Source of the DNA: a virus | Reading direction: 5' to 3' (one strand) | Virus record (IMG/VR): IMGVR_UViG_3300045988_179014 | Coordinates: 96,001 to 160,000 of that record | Length of the DNA: 64,000 bases | Part shown: positions 56,370 to 64,000 of the stretch, piece after piece | Layout of the letters: every line of letters starts with the position of its first letter | Position numbering within the stretch: position 1 is the first letter of the stretch | Translations under genes and position numbers: made by a program | The notes under the pieces: generated by a model | Told to the model about the DNA's origin: nothing | Seen by the model: only the letters and a program-made list of their open reading frames with translations | The model's database searches: none

Positions 56370-57413
56370 TCAGCTTTGACTAGGGGTTTTGTTGTCATTC
56401 AGAACTTCAATCAAGGTATTGGAATCCCAACTTTTACCACCCCCTGTGCCGCCTCCAACGAAAACCATGGGGCTTGTGGTCACTTCTTCCCCAAGCTGTA
56501 GTCCATGCTGTTTAGCCGCTTTCTCTTGTTTTCCAGACAAATCGAAACCAAGAACATTTTCTATTTCCCCAGTTTCGGGATTAGGTAGTTGTAGCCCATT
56601 TTCCACACCTAACGCAATTGGGAAAAACGACCATGCAACACCATCAGACAAAACATAGTTTTCGTTCCATTCAGCATATTGTGGTAAAGGCGGAACAGCA
56701 CGTAATGTTACAACACCTTTTGCGTAATCCCAGCCACCTTCACCAGTTTCAGGGTCTACAAAAGGTACCCAAGCCGTTTCCTGCCCAAACAGCTGATTAT
56801 ATTGTCGTAAAAATCCTTCTTCGCCTTCAGCAGGGAAAGATTCCGGAATATTCGAAAACTGTACTTTGTTGGGTTTCAGAGGGTCAGCCCATTCCAGGAT
56901 TCTGACAACAGCTTCAGGTTGGTTCTCATATTTGGCTGATACTCCTAATTTTACTTTGGCCAAATTATACATTCTACGAACAATATTTTTTCGGTATTCC
57001 ACAATTGATTTGGATGCTGCAATACCGAAACCCATGGCGAAAAAGAAAATGATGAATCCTGCCACAATCATTTGCCACATGTTGACAACTGTTCCGACAA
57101 AAGTGGTGAGTAATCCAGTCAACCAAATCAGTAGAAACACTACCCGATGTTGAATTCCTCCATTAGGTTCTTCACCTGGTTTTGTTTCTTTCTGTTTTTT
57201 TAGAGACAGTACACGTTTGTCTTTGATTGTGTAGGAAATACGTTCCTTCCAAATGGGCCAAATAGGTTGTGGTAGGTCTTCGAAAGGGGTTTTCTTGTTG
57301 AGTTTTTCCAGTTTACGGTCAGTCACCAATTTTTTGTGTGCCAATGCTATCAGACGGAAAACAATCGGCATTACAACAATGTAGACTCCAGCCAGAATCA
57401 AGGGGAATTCCAT
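56370..57413 (-). CDS. membrane protein ending in a P-loop (GGGTGGGKS) 18 aa before the stop
   Basis: N-terminal TM helices; Walker A-like sequence at the extreme C-terminus; followed by 313 nt of noncoding sequence and the endonuclease paralog. Confidence 0.5.
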   Translation of the reverse strand: MEFPLILAGVYIVVMPIVFRLIALAHKKLVTDRKLEKLNKKTPFEDLPQPIWPIWKERISYTIKDKRVLSLKKQKETKPGEEPNGGIQHRVVFLLIWLTGLLTTFVGTVVNMWQMIVAGFIIFFFAMGFGIAASKSIVEYRKNIVRRMYNLAKVKLGVSAKYENQPEAVVRILEWADPLKPNKVQFSNIPESFPAEGEEGFLRQYNQLFGQETAWVPFVDPETGEGGWDYAKGVVTLRAVPPLPQYAEWNENYVLSDGVAWSFFPIALGVENGLQLPNPETGEIENVLGFDLSGKQEKAAKQHGLQLGEEVTTSPMVFVGGGTGGGKSWDSNTLIEVLNDNKTPSQS

Positions 57414-57424
57414 GAGTTGTCTCC

Positions 57425-58309
57425 TTATGTAAGATTCAAAGCGTTGGCGAATGTTTCCACTGAATCTGTATCAGGTAGTGTCAGCATGTAGCCGGAACCA
57501 TTTGATGCAACCACTACAATGATTGGGGTGGGAGTGTTACCAATCAAAGCAACATTCATGGAAGCAGCTGTCACAGTACCAGGAACCGTGAGTTGTTGAA
57601 AATTGGAAGGATTTTCGAACAAGCGTGAATTGGCTGCATCTTTCATCAAATACACTTGAGCTGTTTTCTCCCCCAGAGTGGCATTACCTGCCAAACAAAA
57701 ATCTGTGGGGTCAACAACTGAACAAGAGGTTACCGCTCCTGCAATTTTAGCACCACGTACAGTCAATGTCATGTCACCAGCTTTGAATACTGTGTCAGTA
57801 GCTTGGGAATCGATTTTACCAGTTGTTGTTTTGATGGGTGTTGGTAGAGATGCAGAGAGAGGATTCTTGGGTGGAGTCACTGGTGTAGGACTGGTTTCAG
57901 TGACGGCTTCTGTGGAAACAGCTGAATCAGGATTTGGATTATTGGCTTTTTGTGATGCCAATACATTGATGACAAGTGCAGCAAGACCAATTATTACCCC
58001 TACCCCAATCACGGCCAAACCCAATATGACATAATGATTGCGGCTATTGGATGTTGAGGAATAATTTGCAGGGTCTACTTTTTGTTGTAGCAATTCATCA
58101 ACATTCATTTTCTCGTCAGGATAAAATGCAGAATCATTGGTAGTTGTATTGGTCATGTATTCCTGATTTGGGTTTAAGCGCTCTCCATTTTTGTTGTGTT
58201 CTTTTCTGACCACGTTTTCTCCTACTTGTGAATTTTGAATAAATATCTTCACAATATTCTGTTTATCCAGGTTTATTGTACATAATTCAGGTGCTATGAC
58301 GAGTGACAA
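57425..58309 (-). CDS. membrane-anchored exported protein
   Basis: Single TM helix, Thr/Pro-rich linker, extracytoplasmic domain. Confidence 0.45.
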   Translation of the reverse strand: MSLVIAPELCTINLDKQNIVKIFIQNSQVGENVVRKEHNKNGERLNPNQEYMTNTTTNDSAFYPDEKMNVDELLQQKVDPANYSSTSNSRNHYVILGLAVIGVGVIIGLAALVINVLASQKANNPNPDSAVSTEAVTETSPTPVTPPKNPLSASLPTPIKTTTGKIDSQATDTVFKAGDMTLTVRGAKIAGAVTSCSVVDPTDFCLAGNATLGEKTAQVYLMKDAANSRLFENPSNFQQLTVPGTVTAASMNVALIGNTPTPIIVVVASNGSGYMLTLPDTDSVETFANALNLT

Positions 58310-58394
58310 CGGTTTTGAATTTGGTTGTTTTCATCGACAAAAGAAAGAGGGAAGATGCACGAATAACACCTTCCCTCTTTGTGAAAATGATTGC

Positions 58395-58904
58395 TCAGAA
58401 TGGGATTTCATCCTCTGAGTCAAAATCAAGGTCGAGGTCAAAATCGTCAGTTTCAACCGGTTTTGGAGCTGGTTTGGATGAACGGGAGTTTCCAGTGTTT
58501 CCACTGTTACCATTACTACGGTTTGAGGAAGTTTTGGCTACACGGTTGGAATGAGCTGAATCAAATGCCAACTCCAATCCAACTTCGGTTACAACTACCT
58601 GTTCACGGTCTGGAACTTCTACACCGTCTTTATTGGTGTAGCCATCTTTGGTTTGGGTGTAGCCATAAACAACTACTCGGTCACCAGGTCGGAGTGATTC
58701 ATGGATGTTTTCTGCCAACCGACCCCAAGCAGTACAATTCCGCCAAATGGTTTTACCGTCTTTCCAAGTGCCATTGTCATTGAATCTTGGAGTGACAGCA
58801 ATGGAAAAATCCACTACAGCCTTTTTATCATTGCCAACATGACGCAAATCATGAACCTGACCAATAGAGCCAGTAATTTTTTGCTCAATTCCTACTTTAG
58901 CCAT
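58395..58904 (-). CDS. ssb: single-stranded DNA-binding protein
   Basis: OB-fold region, Gly/Asn/Ser-rich linker, acidic tail ending DEIPF. Confidence 0.85.
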   Translation of the reverse strand: MAKVGIEQKITGSIGQVHDLRHVGNDKKAVVDFSIAVTPRFNDNGTWKDGKTIWRNCTAWGRLAENIHESLRPGDRVVVYGYTQTKDGYTNKDGVEVPDREQVVVTEVGLELAFDSAHSNRVAKTSSNRSNGNSGNTGNSRSSKPAPKPVETDDFDLDLDFDSEDEIPF

Positions 58905-59041
58905 TTTTCATCCTTCTTGTGAGTGGTTGTCTTTCTTACCCAATGGCTGGGAGTATTGTAATCAACAAGTCAAATATTTCCTGATTACTGCCAGTATCTT
59001 ACCAATGAATATGTTTCCATCGATTTCAAAAGTTCAATTGT

Positions 59042-60676
59042 TCACTGCTGCGGTTGTGGCCAAGAGTTGGGGATTGTGACTCCTTCAGGAATACTAGGTG
59101 GCAACGGTTCTGCTGGTTTATCCATGTCCAAAATAGCTGGTCGTTCTGGAACACTGGTACATCCAGCAGGTTTGGGCGGGATGCTGACAGATGGACTGGG
59201 TGAAGGTGCAGGAATGGTGGGTTGAGGAGTCACCCCAACAGATGGCGATGGCTCAGGAACAGGTGGAATGACAGGGGTACGGTTCTGCTGGTCATAGAGT
59301 TCACCCCATTGTTCCTCCCATCGTTTCAACTCATCCTGTTTGGTTTTACATGTTTGCAGTTTTTCGTTGTATGTATTGGATGCAGCAGCTTTACGGTCAT
59401 CAAAAGAACGCCAGTCATTGTGCTGTTCAACATAGGAATACCATATTTTACGAATCTTGTTGCGTTCTGTGATTAACCAAGACCACTTGCTGTGCACTTC
59501 ATCCACTTGTTGTACATAATTGTTCCAGGCGTCAGCTTGTGGGGCTGTCAATGCCATTTTGAAAGACCATTGAAGTTTACTATCCACATACTCTTGAGCT
59601 GCTTTATCCAGTTCGTTTTGTTTTGATTCCAGCGATTGGTTCTTTTCAGTAATCAGTTTGTTCGTATCATACACAGGAGATTTCTGCCCACTCCATGACC
59701 ATCCACAACCAGGTCCAGCAATGTCCGCAACATGATAAAAAGCCTTGTCCGTGAAATCGGTCTGGTCTGCGATTTTTTGTGGTAATTCGGGTTTTGTAAC
59801 GGTTGCTGGTAGTTGCGGAAAACCTGATGGCAATGGAGCTTCTGGTTCAACTGCTTTCGGATTTCCAATTTCCAACAAATTGATTGATGTCGGATTGGGG
59901 AGATTGTCAATTTTCACTGTTGTATGCAATTCTGTGTACTGCACTAAACCTGTGTATGCATCTTTGTCATAGAAAAAACTACGTTTGGCGTCATCTGGTG
60001 ATACTGTGAGGGAAACACATTGGGAAGCTTGTAAACTTGTTGTCATTTCTGTTGAGTAGAATTGCAACAAAATGTCCCGTTGTTCTGAATTGCTTGCTGT
60101 GACTCCAATAATGGCATCTCCCATGGTAATCATGAATGTATTACCTTGAACAGCCACAATCCCATGCTCTTTTTGTGTTACGGATACTTTGCCACATTTT
60201 TCCAATGCAGCTACATAACTGTGGAATGCTTGGTAGGCTTGCCCAGCACCGTAAACCTGTATGCGAGTTTCTACACCGCTTCCTGTTGCTGTAGTCGTGG
60301 CCAGAAGACTGTTGGGGACATCACCAATGCTTCCACACAGTGAAGGATTGATGACATGTTGGGGTTTGGCTCCTTCACTCACTTTCCATTGGTCCACTCC
60401 AGATGGTTGTTTGGCAATCAATTGAGAAGCCCATGTGACAGCTGGCGATTTGGTGCTGGCGATGTCTTGGTAGGGACTGATTTTTTGCGGCTCTTCAAAC
60501 AAATGATTATAACTTGCATACCCTGTATGGACCATTCCAGCAAATGCAATCAAAGTTGCTACCAAAAACATGAGATATAAAACAGGTTGATTGAAAATCC
60601 AAGCAATTAAAGGAAACTTGATAATACTACTTTCCTTGTAATCTCGGTAACGTTTGCGAACCATGTTTCTCCTCAT
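59042..60676 (-). CDS. membrane-anchored protein with Pro-rich C-terminal region
   Basis: N-terminal TM helix; PxP-rich tail. Confidence 0.45.
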   Translation of the reverse strand: MRRNMVRKRYRDYKESSIIKFPLIAWIFNQPVLYLMFLVATLIAFAGMVHTGYASYNHLFEEPQKISPYQDIASTKSPAVTWASQLIAKQPSGVDQWKVSEGAKPQHVINPSLCGSIGDVPNSLLATTTATGSGVETRIQVYGAGQAYQAFHSYVAALEKCGKVSVTQKEHGIVAVQGNTFMITMGDAIIGVTASNSEQRDILLQFYSTEMTTSLQASQCVSLTVSPDDAKRSFFYDKDAYTGLVQYTELHTTVKIDNLPNPTSINLLEIGNPKAVEPEAPLPSGFPQLPATVTKPELPQKIADQTDFTDKAFYHVADIAGPGCGWSWSGQKSPVYDTNKLITEKNQSLESKQNELDKAAQEYVDSKLQWSFKMALTAPQADAWNNYVQQVDEVHSKWSWLITERNKIRKIWYSYVEQHNDWRSFDDRKAAASNTYNEKLQTCKTKQDELKRWEEQWGELYDQQNRTPVIPPVPEPSPSVGVTPQPTIPAPSPSPSVSIPPKPAGCTSVPERPAILDMDKPAEPLPPSIPEGVTIPNSWPQPQQ

Positions 60677-60912
60677 ACACGCATTTCAACAGATGTTCAC
60701 ATTGTAACGAGAATGAGTCAGGGACAAGTACGGAGAACGATTTTAAGCGAGATTTAGCGGTTTCTTGATGCAAGTATCACAAACAAGCATTTCGCATAAA
60801 TCTTCTTGAAAACATGAAAAACACCCCTGAATAAGCTAGGTACAATCTAGCCTATTCTAGGGGCGTTACAGAACGCGATTTTATGGTTTTCTCATATACT
60901 CATTTTTGTGGT

Positions 60913-61884
60913 TTATGATGGATGTTGATTGGTCGAACTGGAAACAGCTTCCTTGTTGCTACTGGTTGAGCTTTGATTAACTGGATTCGTGTTGGGAGCG
61001 GAAGTGGCTGATGGTTCTGGGTTGGAAACAGATGGAGAAACAGTTGGAGCGGATTCTGAAACATGAGAGTTATCAGAATTATTGTTAGAAGAAACTGCTT
61101 GTTGTTTCTTCAACACAGTAATTTCGTCTTGCAATGATTTAATTGTTTCATCATAGTTTTTGGATTCCTTCAAAGCGTCCAATTCTGTTTGAAGTTTTGC
61201 ATTCTGTTTCTCCAACTCTGTAATACGTGTTTTCAATGATTCATCCGAACTTGTTTTTTCAGTTTCATGAGCTTTTGCTGCTGCCAAGTTGATGATGTCA
61301 TGTTTTTCATCTTCACTGATTGTAGCCATGGTTGTGGTGTGAACTGTGGTGTAATTACTATCAGTGTTTACATTACTGGCTGAGATGAGATAGCTGCTTC
61401 CGATTGTGAGCATTGATACCATGAGGAACAACGCAGAAAATTTCAATGTTGGATGAGCAGCAGAATATCTCCTCAACCTATTCCACCAAGATGATTTGGA
61501 TTCGCTCACATCAGAGTCCAAATCTACAGTAGGATGTGTGTTTTCATCTGTTGAGGCGGTTTCATTGCTGTTGGAACGTAATCCAGGAACAATCTTTTTG
61601 GCTCCTAAAGATGTGACAGAAAGCACAACTCTATAGAACTCACTCAAGAATGCAGAACCTACAGATACCAAACCAACAAGAATCAAACTGTTTATGAATC
61701 CGGTCAATTGTGATGAAATGAGTGCCATGGAAACGGCAGTCAAAGCTGTTCCCACCACTTTCAACAATGACAGATTATCACCATCTTTCAAAATCTTTCG
61801 TATGGTGTGTTTAATGTTGTGTGTATTGTTCTCAGCGTTGGTTTCTGTTCTTTCCTGATTGGTTTCTGTAATAGTTGTTGACAC
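60913..61884 (-). CDS. hypothetical TM/coiled-coil protein
   Basis: Two hydrophobic segments; heptad-like C-terminal region; Ser/Thr-rich tail. Confidence 0.45.
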   Translation of the reverse strand: MSTTITETNQERTETNAENNTHNIKHTIRKILKDGDNLSLLKVVGTALTAVSMALISSQLTGFINSLILVGLVSVGSAFLSEFYRVVLSVTSLGAKKIVPGLRSNSNETASTDENTHPTVDLDSDVSESKSSWWNRLRRYSAAHPTLKFSALFLMVSMLTIGSSYLISASNVNTDSNYTTVHTTTMATISEDEKHDIINLAAAKAHETEKTSSDESLKTRITELEKQNAKLQTELDALKESKNYDETIKSLQDEITVLKKQQAVSSNNNSDNSHVSESAPTVSPSVSNPEPSATSAPNTNPVNQSSTSSNKEAVSSSTNQHPS

Positions 61885-62003
61885 CTTTCAAACCCCGTGC
61901 AAATATTGTTGTTGTGCATATTGTTCTCTACAAAAGCTGAGAGCGCCCTTATCAGTTCTCAATGACTGAACAGGACGCCCTCGGAGCCTATTTGTTTATA
62001 TCG

Positions 62004-63905
62004 TTATTCAGTTGTGGACCTGATGAAGTTGATTACCAGGTTGGATTGGATGTCACGAGCGTTAGCACCATTTCCCGCACCTTGGAACAATACTCCATCC
62101 AAATTGTTGGTTGTGCCAGTTCCAGTATTGGTGTGGAATGCGTCAACAGTTGGTGTTTGAGACTCAGTACCATAATTGGCGTAACATTTACCTTGAATAC
62201 TTGTTGTCAATGTCACGGCCTCGCCAGTTTTTTGAGCCCCGTTTGCACCGAAACCAACTTTACTGGCGAATACATTGGTTGAAACATTAGGTGCATACTC
62301 CCATTTCAGGTTTAGAACTTGTGGTTTGTTCTCTTCAGATGCCCAAGTGGATTTGACGTTGAATTCACGATGCAATCCACTCAAAACTGTAGAAGTGGCA
62401 TTGGAGAATGTTCCAGTGTTCCAGTTGCGTTGATTTTCTGGTTTCTGGTTGCCAGTAAACAGTTGGTTTCCATCTTTTGTGGTCATTGTGAATTTTCCAC
62501 CATTACTGTCAGAGATACCAGGAGTTCCCTCATTCCAACGAGTAATGGTTGTGGTCAATGGGGCAGAACCATCATAGGAAACTACACCTTCACTCTTTGG
62601 ATACCACACATCAGCACTAATGGTTTTGTCCTGATTGTCGCGGAACAATTCAAAGAAGTTGGAATTGGAATCTGTAGATTTTGCTCCATATTTTGAATCG
62701 TTGGTTATTTTGTTTTCCCCAACTGGTTTGTTCTCAATATTGTCAACTGCTCCATTGGTTTTTGAAGCACCATTACCTGTAGCAGAAGGAGCACACTCGA
62801 ATGGGCATTCCTTGTCATAGAAGCCGAGTGAAGCAGTTGCGGCCATTGCAGCATTCGGATTTTTTGCGTCACCAAAATCCAGCACTGATGGTTGACGGTC
62901 ATATTTCTTTGAATATGCCACTGCTGAAATAGCTTTAGTTGAATCCCCAGAATCCAAAACTTTGATTCCATTACCTGCGGCCACCAAAGCGTTGAAATCG
63001 GCTTGGTTACAGTGAACAGAAATCATTTGCCAGAAACCAGTGTTTTGCAGAGTTCCGGTTACTTTACTGGCTGTACTGACTTTGCTTACTTGGTCGGAAT
63101 CGGAACATTCCCTGGTTGGAGCAGCATAAGCACCAGCCGCAGCATCCCATTTCTGTGTGTAACGACAAGTAGTTGTAGTAACCGTAGTAGTGGTTTCCGT
63201 AGAACTTACTGTGGCATACTGTGTTTGTTCATAAACGTTAAGCACACCACCTTCTGCCATACCAGCTTTATTCTGTTCATCAAGAGTTACATCTGACCTG
63301 TCAATTTTCGCATCTTTTTCCAACGCATCATTAACAGCAGCAGTCAACTCAGCTGGAGACATTCCTTGGTTTTGTGCAGTGTTCAAATTATCCCACAAAC
63401 GACCATAATTGCTCTTAATAGGTGTTCCACCTTGGTTGTGAAGATTGTCAGCACCAATAGGGTCTTTACCACCTACACTGATTTGACGTTTGATTTCAGT
63501 GGACCAAGAATAAGGATGTGTGTAATTCACGGTTTCTGTACTGGTGTTTGTTTTAGATGATGTTTCAGTCCATGTACGGTCAGGTTGTGAGAACGCACCA
63601 GAACAAATAACGGTGTAACCAGGTTTGGAATCAATTTTATGTCCATTTTCGTTTCGGTCCCAACTGTAAAATGCTTGAATCTCCCCTACGCTAGGACCAC
63701 GATTACCAAACTGCCATTGTGGGTTTTCAATAGTACCTTTATATGGCCAATTGTGGGTACGTCCAGAAAAGTTGAAAATCCACTCTTTGGCTGTGGTGGA
63801 ATACACATACCAGATAACATTGGATTTTTCACAAACTTCAGTTCCGCCCACTCTCTGTCGTACTTGTTTAATGGCAAAATTACGACTCAAACCAGAACGT
63901 GACAA
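62004..63905 (-). CDS. large Thr/Asn/Gly-rich protein, possibly surface or virion-associated; N-terminus may lie beyond the first Met
   Basis: 633-aa ORF with no recognisable catalytic motifs; composition typical of beta-rich surface or fibre proteins. Confidence 0.45.
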   Translation of the reverse strand: MSRSGLSRNFAIKQVRQRVGGTEVCEKSNVIWYVYSTTAKEWIFNFSGRTHNWPYKGTIENPQWQFGNRGPSVGEIQAFYSWDRNENGHKIDSKPGYTVICSGAFSQPDRTWTETSSKTNTSTETVNYTHPYSWSTEIKRQISVGGKDPIGADNLHNQGGTPIKSNYGRLWDNLNTAQNQGMSPAELTAAVNDALEKDAKIDRSDVTLDEQNKAGMAEGGVLNVYEQTQYATVSSTETTTTVTTTTCRYTQKWDAAAGAYAAPTRECSDSDQVSKVSTASKVTGTLQNTGFWQMISVHCNQADFNALVAAGNGIKVLDSGDSTKAISAVAYSKKYDRQPSVLDFGDAKNPNAAMAATASLGFYDKECPFECAPSATGNGASKTNGAVDNIENKPVGENKITNDSKYGAKSTDSNSNFFELFRDNQDKTISADVWYPKSEGVVSYDGSAPLTTTITRWNEGTPGISDSNGGKFTMTTKDGNQLFTGNQKPENQRNWNTGTFSNATSTVLSGLHREFNVKSTWASEENKPQVLNLKWEYAPNVSTNVFASKVGFGANGAQKTGEAVTLTTSIQGKCYANYGTESQTPTVDAFHTNTGTGTTNNLDGVLFQGAGNGANARDIQSNLVINFIRSTTE

Positions 63906-64000
63906 GAATTCTGACCATGCTCGACCAGGTTCGTTGTAGCCAATTGAGTTCCATTGAAATCCGCTTCTTGTAACACGACGAGTGCTGCCGCCACCACCGG

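Noticed and set aside
56367-56372. Possibility that the TGA ending ORF 56370..57413 is read through (alternative genetic code), extending the P-loop protein
   Set aside because: Reading through gives I-C-L-C-F, then another stop. All other long ORFs terminate normally under the standard code. There is no evidence of stop-codon recoding in this window.

Overview
This window appears to be dense coding sequence from a large mobile replicon. A jumbo phage or phage-like megaplasmid of a Gram-positive-type host is most likely, but a small bacterial chromosome cannot be excluded from sequence alone. GC is roughly 40 percent, judged by eye. Positions 1-3420 hold a compact array of about 21 tRNA genes, all on the minus strand. 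The rest of the window is transcribed almost entirely on the minus strand and encodes five recognisable groups of genes. (1) A replication and recombination set: DnaN-like clamp, HolA-like, DnaB, DnaC-like, SSB ending in DEIPF, RecA, RecG-like, PIF1/RecD-like helicase, an orphan Mre11/SbcD nuclease, NrdE, and an SNF2 helicase split by a LAGLIDADG intein. (2) Three paralogous modular nuclease genes, each directly downstream of a conserved gene, that look like homing endonucleases; one is frameshifted. (3) A cell-envelope set: class A PBP with a PASTA domain, a kinase-less membrane protein made of PASTA repeats, a G5 plus NlpC/P60 hydrolase, signal peptidase I, and a BI-1/YccA-like membrane protein. 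(4) An apparent RNA-repair block with two KxDG ligase-like proteins, an HD phosphohydrolase and an HNH nuclease. (5) A MoxR AAA+ ATPase and a VWA/HExxH partner flanking recA. Other features are tandem paralogous membrane-protein genes with a duplicated upstream region, two tRNA-Arg-like genes that do not fold canonically by eye, and several hairpin terminators. All calls rest on reading the translated ORFs and the sequence by eye; no searches were run.
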